A DNA stretch of 64,000 bases, taken from assembly GCA_963720565.1 (NCBI GenBank), contig CAVRFW010000013.1, forward strand, positions 32,001 to 96,000. The letters are read 5' to 3'. The position numbers were made by a program, and so were the translations under genes. Source of the DNA: Candidatus Bathyarchaeota archaeon (GTDB taxonomy: Archaea; Thermoproteota; Bathyarchaeia; Bathyarchaeales; Bathycorpusculaceae). Position 1 is the stretch's first letter. The number at the start of each line of letters is the position of its first letter. Positions 10,491-20,282 of the stretch are shown one piece after another. The notes beneath the pieces are model-generated. The model had not been told where the DNA came from. It saw only the letters and a list, made by a program, of their open reading frames with translations, and made no database searches.

Positions 10491-11147
10491 TCAAGCTGGA
10501 ATGTAACGTTCCCTCTCCGCCGTGAGCGTTCCACTTCTTCCAATCTGCACTTGTTTCTCGCCTCTAAACGACAACACCCGAGCATTAACAATCCGGACAG
10601 TGTCTCCCACAGAAACAGACCTTATCTGCTCACCCCACAGCACAAGCTTCACAGTCCCACTACTGTCCTCGATCAACGCGTCAGCCAAAACCCCCGGGTT
10701 GCCAAAACGCGTAATAATGGAATGGGGCTCACAAATCTCCATAACCCTAGCGGTCAGGTTAATCCTTCTCATCCCAACATGCAAATCACTGATTGCGCTC
10801 AGCCCAAAGATGCAAGCACTCTTCTTAGCCACGTACCTGCGAATCCGCTCAGAATCCATAAACTTGCTAATCGGATTGATCTTCTCCGAAAGAAAAACCT
10901 CCCCCAGCTGAATCTGCGCCACAACTTTTGAATCATTCTTCATCAGGAAAATCCTTCTGTCCCCAACCCTCCCGCGGCATTCGATTGAAAGACTCCCGCA
11001 CATGTTTTTCTGCTTCTCCTTGGTCGAGACCAAAACTTGAAACAATCGGTCAGGGTCAACACTATGCTTCGCTGAAAGAACAGCGAGATACTCGCCCTCT
11101 GGCACGTTCCTATTCCTCAAAGTTTCTTTTCTCCCACAGTGATTCAC
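10491..11147 (-). CDS. OB-fold single-stranded nucleic-acid binding (SSB/RPA-like) protein with N-terminal extension
   Basis: ISDL..GMRRINLTARV..., IEDSSGTVKLVLW, VGDTVRIVNA..FRGE.QVQIGR. Confidence 0.8.
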   Translation of the reverse strand: MNHCGRKETLRNRNVPEGEYLAVLSAKHSVDPDRLFQVLVSTKEKQKNMCGSLSIECRGRVGDRRIFLMKNDSKVVAQIQLGEVFLSEKINPISKFMDSERIRRYVAKKSACIFGLSAISDLHVGMRRINLTARVMEICEPHSIITRFGNPGVLADALIEDSSGTVKLVLWGEQIRSVSVGDTVRIVNARVLSFRGEKQVQIGRSGTLTAERERYIPA

Positions 11148-11563
11148 CAGAACAGAGAAAGACTGAGAAACACCGCTACGATACAGATCTTAAGCTTTCT
11201 ATCTAGAGAAGTTCTGCCCCTTGACTAGGATGCAAACTCCCCATATTAACCTACCCCAGTTCCTAATTCCCTCAACCGTCAAGCTTTGAGATGGAATCTA
11301 CAACTGAAATCCACCCAAAAGCAAGCAACGGTTCCAACGAAGCCTCTAGATTGAAGAATATGTTTTCGAATTGGAGTTCTATCTACAGGGTCGTGACTTG
11401 TGCCAAAGTCGATGAGAATGCCGAGGACCGGGTTTGGACCAACGATTTGTGGAGATGTCTCCCGCACAATCTCCTTCTTTCTTTTTTCGCCTTCGCTATC
11501 TATTTTTCCCCTCTCATAATCTAGCGAGCAGAGAGGCAAATGTTATAAAAAGACAAGACACAA

Positions 11564-12208
11564 ATGGTTAATGGGGAATTTGCGATGGTTGAATTTAAAG
11601 AAATGCCTTATGACGAAAAACTAACTGGCATACTGGGTTATACGAAGATGGTGGAAAGTTTTGCTCCACAGCTTGTTAAGAAGGAGTTGGGCGAAGAAAA
11701 AGCAGATGAGCTGCGAAACCTGTGGAAAAAGGGGGCAAAGCCCATTCCTGAAGATGCCTCTGACAAAGAAAGATATGAGATAGCTTACAGAAATTTCATG
11801 GAGAAATGGGTTAGCGCCAACAACTTCATGAGTACGCATCAGGGTGAAGATGGCACTAAAAAGTACATGCAGGCTGCGATAGCAGCATGGAATCGGAAAT
11901 ACGCCCTCCGCGGCCTAATGTTTAAAGTTGTTGGCGGAATATCGCGCAAGAATGCCTTTCGGGTTGTTTCAAAGGGACTTGCGTATCAACTTCAAGTGTT
12001 CAGCCCTTTTTCGGTGACTGAACTAAAGGAAAATCGCATGGTCTTCGCCGTTACTCCCTGCAAAATCCTAGCGGACCAAAATGGCAGTGGTTTCTGTGTA
12101 ATGGCTTGCCAGAATATTATTCCATCTTGGCTAGAAGCGCAGTTCAACGTGAAAATGAACCTGAGCCGACAGGGAAGCAACTGCAACGCCATCTTTGAAC
12201 CTTTTTAG
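11564..12208 (+). CDS. Hypothetical protein
   Basis: 214-aa ORF; C-terminal V.PCK...FC..AC pattern suggests a V4R-like ligand-binding fold (weak). Confidence 0.65.
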   Translation: MVNGEFAMVEFKEMPYDEKLTGILGYTKMVESFAPQLVKKELGEEKADELRNLWKKGAKPIPEDASDKERYEIAYRNFMEKWVSANNFMSTHQGEDGTKKYMQAAIAAWNRKYALRGLMFKVVGGISRKNAFRVVSKGLAYQLQVFSPFSVTELKENRMVFAVTPCKILADQNGSGFCVMACQNIIPSWLEAQFNVKMNLSRQGSNCNAIFEPF

Positions 12209-12520
12209 CTCTTGCATCCTTCAGATAATGAGAGAAATTAGGCGAGTCAACGCTGGGTTTATTTCTTCCATGGTCTTCTGACGCCTTTACTATCCCAATA
12301 AGCACAACACATGCGAACGGTAACAAACATAGTTATTCCTTCATGGTAACAGAATTTCTTGTTTGTCGCACCAGCCTTTGATCCGTCGGGAAGCGAGATG
12401 AGATCTGCTTTCTGTGCTTTTTCTCGTGAAAAATTAGGAGGATGAGGGAATTAAATTTTAGTGCACACGCACTCAGCGCGCGCACAAAATCATAAATAGC
12501 GATTATGCAATTGGTGATTC

Positions 12521-12991
12521 TTGGGGGGCGTGGTTAGTTTGGAATCTGGTGGACATGCGCGCATCAAGAGTATCATACGCAATATGCTTGAAGCATACAA
12601 CAAGAAGGACTTAGCGAGCATGCTTTCTTTCTTTGCAGATGATGCGGTCTATATTAGATCTGAGGGAACTTTTAGAGGAAAGGAAGAGATCAAGCGGTAC
12701 TACACTTGGAGTTATTCGAATTATTCAGAGGTATCTCTTAAAGAGAAAGGCATCGTTATCGAAGGGGATAGGGCTGTCCTTGAGTGGGCTTTAGAAGGGA
12801 CTTCTGTCAGGGGTGGCGGCAAGAAGGCACAGCTCGAAGGGCTGGATATATTTGAGTTCAAAAACGGCAAAGTTCAAGAGGTTCATATTTATCAGGATAG
12901 GCTTCTGGTTGCCAAACAGTTGGCAAGCGGGTGGTTTGAGAAGACAATAATAAACGCCGTTGTGAATAGGATGGAAAAAGGTCTACGTTAA
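12521..12991 (+). CDS. NTF2/SnoaL-like domain protein
   Basis: AYNKKDL..FFADDAVY..GKEEI; EGDRAVLEW; FEFKNGKV. Confidence 0.85.
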   Translation: MGGVVSLESGGHARIKSIIRNMLEAYNKKDLASMLSFFADDAVYIRSEGTFRGKEEIKRYYTWSYSNYSEVSLKEKGIVIEGDRAVLEWALEGTSVRGGGKKAQLEGLDIFEFKNGKVQEVHIYQDRLLVAKQLASGWFEKTIINAVVNRMEKGLR

Positions 12992-13241
12992 CACTTAACA
13001 CACACACCCCAAGATTAGAATTTAATCAAAAAAAAATTAACGCCAATAGTAGACCGTCCGCCGCTCTGAAAAGGCAGGTGTGTATGCAGGCGTGCAGGAT
13101 ACATGCTGCTTTTCTACACCATTCGCAAGCGACAATTTTCAGAATTGAATTTCTGAAGGGATACCTTTTAAAAGCAGTCTACCATTAAGAGCTTAAGCAA
13201 AAGCGATTTTGCCGAGTAATATAACAGGAGTTGAAAAAGTA

Positions 13242-13382
13242 TTGTCATATGGTAAAGAGATGCACAAGGCAACCTGCGCCGACTGCCAGAAGGAATGTGA
13301 AGTTCCATTCAAGCCAGACGGAAGCAGACCAGTTTATTGCCGAGAGTGCTACAGCAAACGAAGACCACCACGAAGATATTAA
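13242..13382 (+). CDS. CxxC-x17-CxxC zinc-ribbon protein (46 aa)
   Basis: MHKATCADCQKECEVPFKPDGSRPVYCRECY, AGGAG upstream, T-rich tract downstream; missing from the ORF track. Confidence 0.9.
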   Translation: MSYGKEMHKATCADCQKECEVPFKPDGSRPVYCRECYSKRRPPRRY

Positions 13383-13557
13383 GCTAACAAGCTAACATCT
13401 TAACTTCGTCTTAACAATCTATTTTCCTTTTTCTCTTTTCTTATTCAAATTTTTGGTGCAAGAAAAAACACTGAAATTTAATCAGCCATGAGTTGCCCTT
13501 GACTGGCGCAGGCTACTCTTCTAGATTCAATTCCCGTCGGACCCGCCCTATGTTTTC

Positions 13558-14520
13558 TTAGAGTTTCTGGCGTGTTGTTCGTTTGGGCGGTTCATCCGAT
13601 TGATTTCTTGGCGAGTTAGAGTTTGTTTTGGTTTCCGTGTTTAGGAGTTGCTTTAACCGCCAGATTAATACATCACGGTCATTGGGTTTTTGTTGCATCC
13701 ACAATTCACGGTTCTCTCTAAATTGTTCGCCTGTGATTTTGTGTTGCTTTTGCAGTTCGCCCAGCAACTTAGTGAATCCTTGCATGTCCAACTGTTCGCC
13801 GGTCACTTCGTTTGTTGTTTTTGTTTCCCCTGACAGGTTTGCTCCGACTGGTTCGCTGTCTGGCGGAGGATAAGTGTGGTATAAGAAACGTACAAAGTAC
13901 AGATTATCCCAGCCTTGAGTTATGGACAAGCTGTTTTTGGCTTTTGCCAACTCATCAGTATAGTGTTCATATTCTTGACCAAGTGAGTAGTACTTGGTCT
14001 GTACACTCGACGCATCGATCACGCGGTTAACAAAATGCCGCAGATGCTGATTGCTTAAGATGGGTAAAACCGTTCCACTTTCATAATTAAAGCAATATAT
14101 GATTTTTTTGGCAATTTGCTTGTCTTGCCCGAGTCCGCCTATTTTATCCCAAGGAGCATCCACTTTTTGTGCCAAAGACTTCCTGCTATCCACCACAGTG
14201 CGAAGCAAGTTCTTGAAGTCACCAATTTGAAGTCGAGCGTTGCGGTAAACGTTAGAGCTGCCAAAGGTTGGGTAGCCCAGCGACTTAAAGTAGTTTTCCA
14301 GAAATTGGAAGAATTCGCCGACTTCATCAGGATTTAATTTAAAGAGTTTATCAGGGTCTAACCATTCTATTGATCGAAGATTTTCGACAAAAGGAAATTT
14401 CTTTCTAAACTCTTTAAGCAATCCAAGCGCGGTATCAACCTCAGTTTTGACTAAGCCACTTTTGTCAAAGGCATTTGCTTTCTCTTGAATTGAATTACTT
14501 CGAAGCATTCTAACCCACAA
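13558..14520 (-). CDS. Hypothetical protein
   Basis: 320-aa ORF, no family recognised. Confidence 0.7.
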   Translation of the reverse strand: MWVRMLRSNSIQEKANAFDKSGLVKTEVDTALGLLKEFRKKFPFVENLRSIEWLDPDKLFKLNPDEVGEFFQFLENYFKSLGYPTFGSSNVYRNARLQIGDFKNLLRTVVDSRKSLAQKVDAPWDKIGGLGQDKQIAKKIIYCFNYESGTVLPILSNQHLRHFVNRVIDASSVQTKYYSLGQEYEHYTDELAKAKNSLSITQGWDNLYFVRFLYHTYPPPDSEPVGANLSGETKTTNEVTGEQLDMQGFTKLLGELQKQHKITGEQFRENRELWMQQKPNDRDVLIWRLKQLLNTETKTNSNSPRNQSDEPPKRTTRQKL

Positions 14521-14873
14521 CTAGTATTCATAATTTAGGCTAAATACATTTGCAGTAAACTTCGTAATATAATATAAAGCGCGCGTTAAAACTCACGATG
14601 TTGATCTTGTGCCCGAGGTCAGAGATTGAGTGTGTCGCATTTCGGGCATTTCCAATCCGAGTTTTCTTCAAGCGAAACAACAAATTGCTGACCACATTTC
14701 TTGCAGACTCTATCTGTTCTAAATTGACAAGGCATTATTGGCACTCTTCACCGAAGACGCCTAAGAATAAGTAGAGCGCGGAAACATATAAGAACTCTGG
14801 AAAAAGCCGACAAATCCAGTGGGCTTAGTTTATCACACGCACGTGGAGAACGAATAGGGTTTTGGTTTAGCTT

Positions 14874-15284
14874 CTAAGTATTTTTCTTGGTTAGCCTTGG
14901 AGAAGTCTCCATGTCTTTCATGAAAACACCCCAAATTGGTCCAATCGTATCCGCAAACTTGCGGTGAACTTTGTATAAAGCTTTGAAATAAAGTTTGGTT
15001 GCCTGTTCGTATTCTGTTTGTGCCATTCTCTCTCCATGTTCGGGCAAGCAGGATTTGTATGCCTCGTCTATTTCTGAGTCAAGAGTCTTCTTTGCTTCCT
15101 TCACTATCATGTTATCTTGGGTGTAAATGTCCCATGCATTTTTGATTCCATCACGATAAGCCTTTCTTGCTTCTCTTACTTTCTCTTCGTCTTTACTCAG
15201 CGTCTTCCTTTCCCTAATCAAATGTCCCCAACTTGTGCTGACTTCGATTCTGAAGAATTGCTTTGCGTTCACATTTGTCACCAC
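14874..15284 (-). CDS. Hypothetical helical protein
   Basis: 136-aa ORF. Confidence 0.55.
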   Translation of the reverse strand: MVTNVNAKQFFRIEVSTSWGHLIRERKTLSKDEEKVREARKAYRDGIKNAWDIYTQDNMIVKEAKKTLDSEIDEAYKSCLPEHGERMAQTEYEQATKLYFKALYKVHRKFADTIGPIWGVFMKDMETSPRLTKKNT

Positions 15285-15504
15285 TCTACAATTAGAGAGC
15301 AGACGGCAACATAAACTTGTTATTGAAGCAACTCCTTGAAAGAATAGAACTTAACTCTTGTTTTGACTATGTGCGGGTCTGCCGCTCTTTTAAGCAGTTC
15401 TTTGATCTGGTCTATCAGTGTCTTCAGAGAATATTGTCATGGGAAACTATTTTTTATGCCCATTTTTCTTCATTTCTGCTTACTGCTGCTTCCACGTCTT
15501 TTTT

Positions 15505-15563
15505 CCTTTGTTTTTTGTTTTGCTTTTTGTTTCGTTTTTCGGTTTGTTTTTTGTTTTGTTTTT
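15505..15563. repeat. Low-complexity ~12-bp tandem repeat (TTTTGTTTTTG-like)
   Basis: tttgttttttgttttgctttttgtttcgtttttcggtttgttttttgttttgttttt. Confidence 0.7.
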
Positions 15564-15692
15564 AATTTTGATTGCCCCTCCTGCACTATTCCTTCCACTG
15601 TTCAATTGTCCCGGACCCTTATTCGTTTTGCCTCCTGCCTCTTCAAGCAATCATCGAGTTTCTAGTTTAAACCAAAATGTGACGGATAAACT

Positions 15693-16157
15693 TCAACGCG
15701 CAAACTCGTTGTCTGCTGCTTCTTCTTTTTCCTTCTTTTCAGTTGGCTCCACAATTCTTACAGCATCATGGTGCCGTATCCTCAAAAACTTGTCAATCTT
15801 TTCCATGTCTTTTTCGAGAAGATAAAACTTCTCATGTAATTCTGCTTTGCGATGCGCCTGCTTGTAGGTTAAACCTTCAGTTTCCATTAAAGAGAGCTCA
15901 TATTTTTCGTGCCCCTGAAGAACACGCTCCCTTCTTTTTGGGTTCTCAAAAACGTCTTGCCTCATCCAGATTTCATCCTCTGGAATCTTACCACGCAAGT
16001 TCTCTGGCAATTCGTTCTGCGGGCACAAACCGTGAAGGGCAATGTAGTCACCCATTACTGACCGCGGTTTAACCACCACAGTGAAAGGCACAGTTGCTTT
16101 CCCGCGTCCATAAACATCATACGGCTTCTTTTCACTCTTGCTTCCACTTTTAGCCAA
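15693..16157 (-). CDS. Hypothetical protein
   Basis: 154-aa ORF with GGAGA upstream; HE..E motif suggests metal binding (weak). Confidence 0.6.
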   Translation of the reverse strand: MAKSGSKSEKKPYDVYGRGKATVPFTVVVKPRSVMGDYIALHGLCPQNELPENLRGKIPEDEIWMRQDVFENPKRRERVLQGHEKYELSLMETEGLTYKQAHRKAELHEKFYLLEKDMEKIDKFLRIRHHDAVRIVEPTEKKEKEEAADNEFAR

Positions 16158-16300
16158 ATATCGACTCTCCCTGAGAATTGGAAAGAGATAAACAGTTACT
16201 AGTAGTTATTTTTTCCGAAACCATTTTTGGAAGCCCGCTGCGCAATTTCCGTTTCATACTCTTAAATAAACCACCAAACAATACAACATCAGGCGTCGAG

Positions 16301-16633
16301 ATGAGCAAGAAAAAAGCAGAAGAAAAAACCTATCATGACGCGTGCGTTAGAGAAATTGCCAATGAATTAAAAAAGGACAATTGGGCGGTGAAGGCAAGTC
16401 TGGACGATTGGGAAAAACCATCCAAAATCGGAGAGAGCGTTCCAGACATAGTAGCGAAGAAAGGCTGTTTGAAGCGGATTTGTGAGGTGGCAACTGAGGA
16501 TATGTTTGAGGGAAACAAAAAACGATATAGAGAGTTCAAGAACTACTGCGACGAATACGACTTTCACTTTTTTATCCTGGACAAGGATGGAAAACGAAGG
16601 CAAATCGACCCTGAAACCTTCGGAAAGAAATAG
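16301..16633 (+). CDS. Hypothetical protein, small restriction-endonuclease-like fold
   Basis: ATG 16301; VPDIVAKKG...ICEVAT. Confidence 0.55.
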   Translation: MSKKKAEEKTYHDACVREIANELKKDNWAVKASLDDWEKPSKIGESVPDIVAKKGCLKRICEVATEDMFEGNKKRYREFKNYCDEYDFHFFILDKDGKRRQIDPETFGKK

Positions 16634-16759
16634 CTCCTTTTACCGTCGTAAGTACTCGCGCGAGGTGACAGGACAGTTGAATCCAAGAATCTCAAGGTTA
16701 AATAATAATATCGACGACCTTTCAGTACTGTTTAGCGTTTGCCCATATAGGATACCAAG

Positions 16760-17896
16760 GTGATAGTAATGACTGAAAAAAAGAATTACTACGAGATTCT
16801 AGGCGTTCCAAAATCCGCATCCAAAGACGTGATAAAAGACGCCTACAGGAAACTAGCGCTGCAATATCACCCTGACAGGAACAAGTCTCCGGGAGCTGAA
16901 GAGAAGTTCAAGGAGATATCTGAAGCCTACGCAGTGCTATCGGATGATGAGAAACGGCAACAGTATGACACATTAGGTGATGCTGGATTTGACCAAAGGT
17001 ATAGTCGAGAGGACATTTTCCGAGGTGCAGACTTCGACTCGATATTCCGCGACATGGGAGTCAGTTCCGGCTTTGGAGATCTCTTCAACGTTTTCTTCGG
17101 AGGTCAAGACTTCGAAGAAAGACAGGAGGTTATCAGCGGTCGAGATTTGCGCTACGAAGTTTACATAACCCTTGAAGAAGCAGCGAGTGGTGTTGAAAAG
17201 GAAATTGATATCCCACGGATTGAGAGATGCGAAGTCTGTGGGGGCTCTGGAGCTGCGACAGGCACTTCTGTGCAAACTTGTCCAAAGTGCAAGGGGTCTG
17301 GACAGCTCCAAAAAAGAAGCGGAAGCGGCTTTGGTACATTTGTGCAGATCGTGCCGTGCTCTGCATGCAAAGGCCGGGGTCAAATCATTGTTTCACCATG
17401 CAGAAACTGCAAGGGAAAAGGCCGCGTAAAAAGGGAGCGGAAAATTACGGTGAAGATACCGGTTGGCATAACTGAAGGATACCAGCTTAGGCTTGAAGGA
17501 CAAGGAGAAGCACCGCCTGGCGAAGGCCCCTCAGGAGATTTGTACATTCTTATCCACATGGTGCCTCATCGATACTTCATGAGAGATGGAGACAATCTCT
17601 TGTACAATCTAAATATTAGCGTTCCTCAAGCAGCATTAGGCGCGGAAGTTACTATACCCGCGATCGAAGGAAAGGCCAACCTGAGAATTCATCCTGGAAC
17701 ACAGCCTGGGCAAATTCTTAGGGTTAAAGGCAGGGGCATGCCGAGAATTGGAGGGTATGGCAGAGGCGATCTGCGAGTTCGTGTGAACGTGGTTGTTCCT
17801 GAAAAGCTGACTCAGCATCAAAGGACCCTAATGGAAGAGCTGGCCAGAGAACTAGACCAGAATGTCCAACAAAAGGATGAAAAACTGAGGTTCTAA
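16760..17896 (+). CDS. dnaJ: Chaperone DnaJ
   Basis: J domain with HPD, G/F region, four CxxCxGxG repeats, C-terminal domain. Confidence 0.97.
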   Translation: MIVMTEKKNYYEILGVPKSASKDVIKDAYRKLALQYHPDRNKSPGAEEKFKEISEAYAVLSDDEKRQQYDTLGDAGFDQRYSREDIFRGADFDSIFRDMGVSSGFGDLFNVFFGGQDFEERQEVISGRDLRYEVYITLEEAASGVEKEIDIPRIERCEVCGGSGAATGTSVQTCPKCKGSGQLQKRSGSGFGTFVQIVPCSACKGRGQIIVSPCRNCKGKGRVKRERKITVKIPVGITEGYQLRLEGQGEAPPGEGPSGDLYILIHMVPHRYFMRDGDNLLYNLNISVPQAALGAEVTIPAIEGKANLRIHPGTQPGQILRVKGRGMPRIGGYGRGDLRVRVNVVVPEKLTQHQRTLMEELARELDQNVQQKDEKLRF

Positions 17897-18090
17897 GCGC
17901 ACTTAATAAGAATTTTGCATAGAAACGCCCAGATAATTGTTTCTTATTGCACGCCCTAAATCGCAGACAGGCACGAGTTTGTCAAGAAAATTTGACTAAG
18001 AAAACCGGTTTTTGGGCGTATTTAGTCAAGAAACCTTTACAAAAACCCCTTTAAGTAAAAAAGGACATAGCTTAACTGGGGACACGACTG

Positions 18091-19230
18091 TTGCAGAGTG
18101 TCATAAAAGGGCGGATTGAAAGTTTCCTGGCAACCGTCTTAGTGCTTATCCCTCTGATAGTTGGAAGCTTTGCAGTCTACGGCTCACAGTCTATGATCAG
18201 CAACGTTGAAATCAAGGAGCCTCTTGAAATACTCGACTATCCTGCCAACTTGGTTCTTTACCCGGGAGAAACTGTAGACTTCAACGTTACTGTTCAGAAT
18301 TATGCGTCTGTAACCTACTCTGTGCTACTTGACTTTCGTTTAAACGATACAGACTATCAGTCAAAGTACGTTACTTTCGCTGACAACAATTACAGTGTAT
18401 TGCCTGGAACGCAAAAGCTTCCTACGTTATTGACAGTGGCTCCGCACGCCCCATCGGCAAACCTTCTGATGACGATAAACCTTGTGCGTAACTTGCAGTC
18501 TAGTGTGTCGCCTTCACCAACTCCTCAAACACCGACAAAATCAGAGTTGCAGCCGTCCTTAGAGCTTCTCAGCGGAGGTGCCAGATGGGCTGCCCGGGAA
18601 GGCAAATCTGCCTTGTACGTTAATTGGCTGGATAATTGGAATGCACACCACCTGAGCGGTGGTGCCGACTGGGAGTGGTTCTCAGAGGCATCCATGCAAA
18701 ACTGGCGTTCATCGATAACGGCCGCTTTGGAACAGGCAGGTTTCGAAGTGACGCTTTCCGGAGACATACCTGACGACTTTAATTCCTATGATTTGGTTGT
18801 TCTCTTTGCATATTATGCGGTTGAGCCTCAGCATGAACCTCTAATCAGAGACTACATCTTGAATGGGGGAAGCTTGGTCGTATTGGCTGGCACTCAGCAA
18901 TATCTGACGGTTTATTCAAAGAGCCTTTCAACTAGTCCATCCTATTTCGGCGATTTCTCTGATGAAAACACGTCGATGCAGGAATGGTTTGGATGCAGCG
19001 GTTACGTAAATACTGGTGGGTCTGCAAGCCCTGCTTTTGACTATCCATTTGAAACCTCGCTTTCTGTGAACGACATACTCTTTAGTGGTGTACCAACGCA
19101 TGCAGGAGTCAATTCTTTGAACGAGAACGCTACAGCCATAGCATTTTGGAGTTCAGGTGATATCTTTGCTTTTACATATGAATATGGCGATGGCCGGATT
19201 TACTATCAAGCAATTGTTGAACAAATTTGA
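18091..19230 (+). CDS. Secreted/membrane-anchored hypothetical protein
   Basis: N-terminal hydrophobic helix, Ig-like segment, S/P/T linker, YDLVVL...YILNGGSLVVL (GATase/ThuA-like, weak). Confidence 0.7.
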   Translation: MQSVIKGRIESFLATVLVLIPLIVGSFAVYGSQSMISNVEIKEPLEILDYPANLVLYPGETVDFNVTVQNYASVTYSVLLDFRLNDTDYQSKYVTFADNNYSVLPGTQKLPTLLTVAPHAPSANLLMTINLVRNLQSSVSPSPTPQTPTKSELQPSLELLSGGARWAAREGKSALYVNWLDNWNAHHLSGGADWEWFSEASMQNWRSSITAALEQAGFEVTLSGDIPDDFNSYDLVVLFAYYAVEPQHEPLIRDYILNGGSLVVLAGTQQYLTVYSKSLSTSPSYFGDFSDENTSMQEWFGCSGYVNTGGSASPAFDYPFETSLSVNDILFSGVPTHAGVNSLNENATAIAFWSSGDIFAFTYEYGDGRIYYQAIVEQI

Positions 19231-19330
19231 TGCGTGCGTTGACTGCTTCTGCTATTAACAGTGACCGACAGAGTGACTGAGACAAAGTGACAGACTGACT
19301 GGAGGGGGATACACAAACGCAAGGGCACAC

Positions 19331-20125
19331 TTAGATATTTTTTTTGCCCGCAGTTTCCCAAAGGGTCTCAAAGTGGTCTTTAAGAATTGTGACCATGCTG
19401 GGGTTGTTCGTCCAAAGAGTCGTGGACTCAGCCAAAGACTTTGACGGAGAATAGTTGAAAGCCACTTCCTTGTTGTCGAAGATTGCGTAGTTTTTTCCAG
19501 AGGTATTTTTCACTTTTCTTATTTCTAGGTTGGGTTTTTTGAGCAGCGCTCGAGCATTTTCTGGAAAGTTGATTTCGGAGTCCAGTTCTTCTAATATTCC
19601 TCGATAATGCACTCCTCTGTTTAATGATTCTTCCCATGTGTTATAACAGTATTCGATGATTTGCATCCACCGTTTTGTGGTGGAGATGAAATCTACGCTG
19701 AATTTAGCATGGTCTTGTCCTGTTCTTAGTACTTGCAGCAGTTTATATTTCCCTTTGTTGACTACGATTCGGGATTCAGTGTCCTGGGGGGTTTCTTGGG
19801 TTTTGTCGAATTTTCGGACTAATCGGTCCAGTTTCTTCCGGTTTTCATTGTATTCCTCTAGTTGCCTCATCAGCAGAACTTGCGTTCCGATCTGGATTGG
19901 TACGGCCTCGTACTTGTACGGTGCTGCTAATTGTTTCTCGACTAAGCCAATATCTTGCAGTTCGTTAAGTATTCTATAGGTCTCCGTTCGAGGAGTCTTA
20001 GTCTGCTGTGAGAGGGCTATGGCGTCTTCTTTTCCATTTTTGAGAAGTGTGAGATAAAGATGTGCTTGGGAATTGGTTAGCCCCGTGTTTGTTAGGAATT
20101 GCACGTCTTCCTCTCGAATCGTCAA
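19331..20125 (-). CDS. TrmB family transcriptional regulator
   Basis: GLTNSQAHLYLTLL..ALS..TPRTETYRILNELQDIGLVEK HTH and C-terminal sensing domain (IFDNKEV..WTNN..HFETLW). Confidence 0.9.
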   Translation of the reverse strand: MTIREEDVQFLTNTGLTNSQAHLYLTLLKNGKEDAIALSQQTKTPRTETYRILNELQDIGLVEKQLAAPYKYEAVPIQIGTQVLLMRQLEEYNENRKKLDRLVRKFDKTQETPQDTESRIVVNKGKYKLLQVLRTGQDHAKFSVDFISTTKRWMQIIEYCYNTWEESLNRGVHYRGILEELDSEINFPENARALLKKPNLEIRKVKNTSGKNYAIFDNKEVAFNYSPSKSLAESTTLWTNNPSMVTILKDHFETLWETAGKKNI

Positions 20126-20170
20126 TTTTGAAGTCTCCGAGAAACCCGCCTATGTTTTATCTGCACTTCG

Positions 20171-20275
20171 AGATTTAGTTCTTTCTGTAATAATATTGTA
20201 TTATTACAAGAAGTTATCTTCTTTCAGTGCCACTTGGACGCAGAAGCATTATTGCTTCTTATAAAGAAAGGAGAA
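20171..20275 (+). promoter_or_regulatory. Duplicated upstream region A (palindrome, hairpin, SD-like AAGGAGAA)
   Basis: 95/105 ungapped identity with 22981-23085; perfect TGTAATAATA-TTG-TATTATTACA at 20186-20208; AGAAGCA-TTAT-TGCTTCT at 20242-20259. Confidence 0.8.
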
Positions 20276-20282
20276 AAGCAGA

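Noticed and set aside
15317..15825. Phe-rich plus-strand ORFs
   Set aside because: Artefacts of the T-rich repeat and antisense overlap with the 15693-16157 gene
19261..19300. Short GTGAC/GAC(A/T) iterations between convergent genes
   Set aside because: Too short and irregular to support a function
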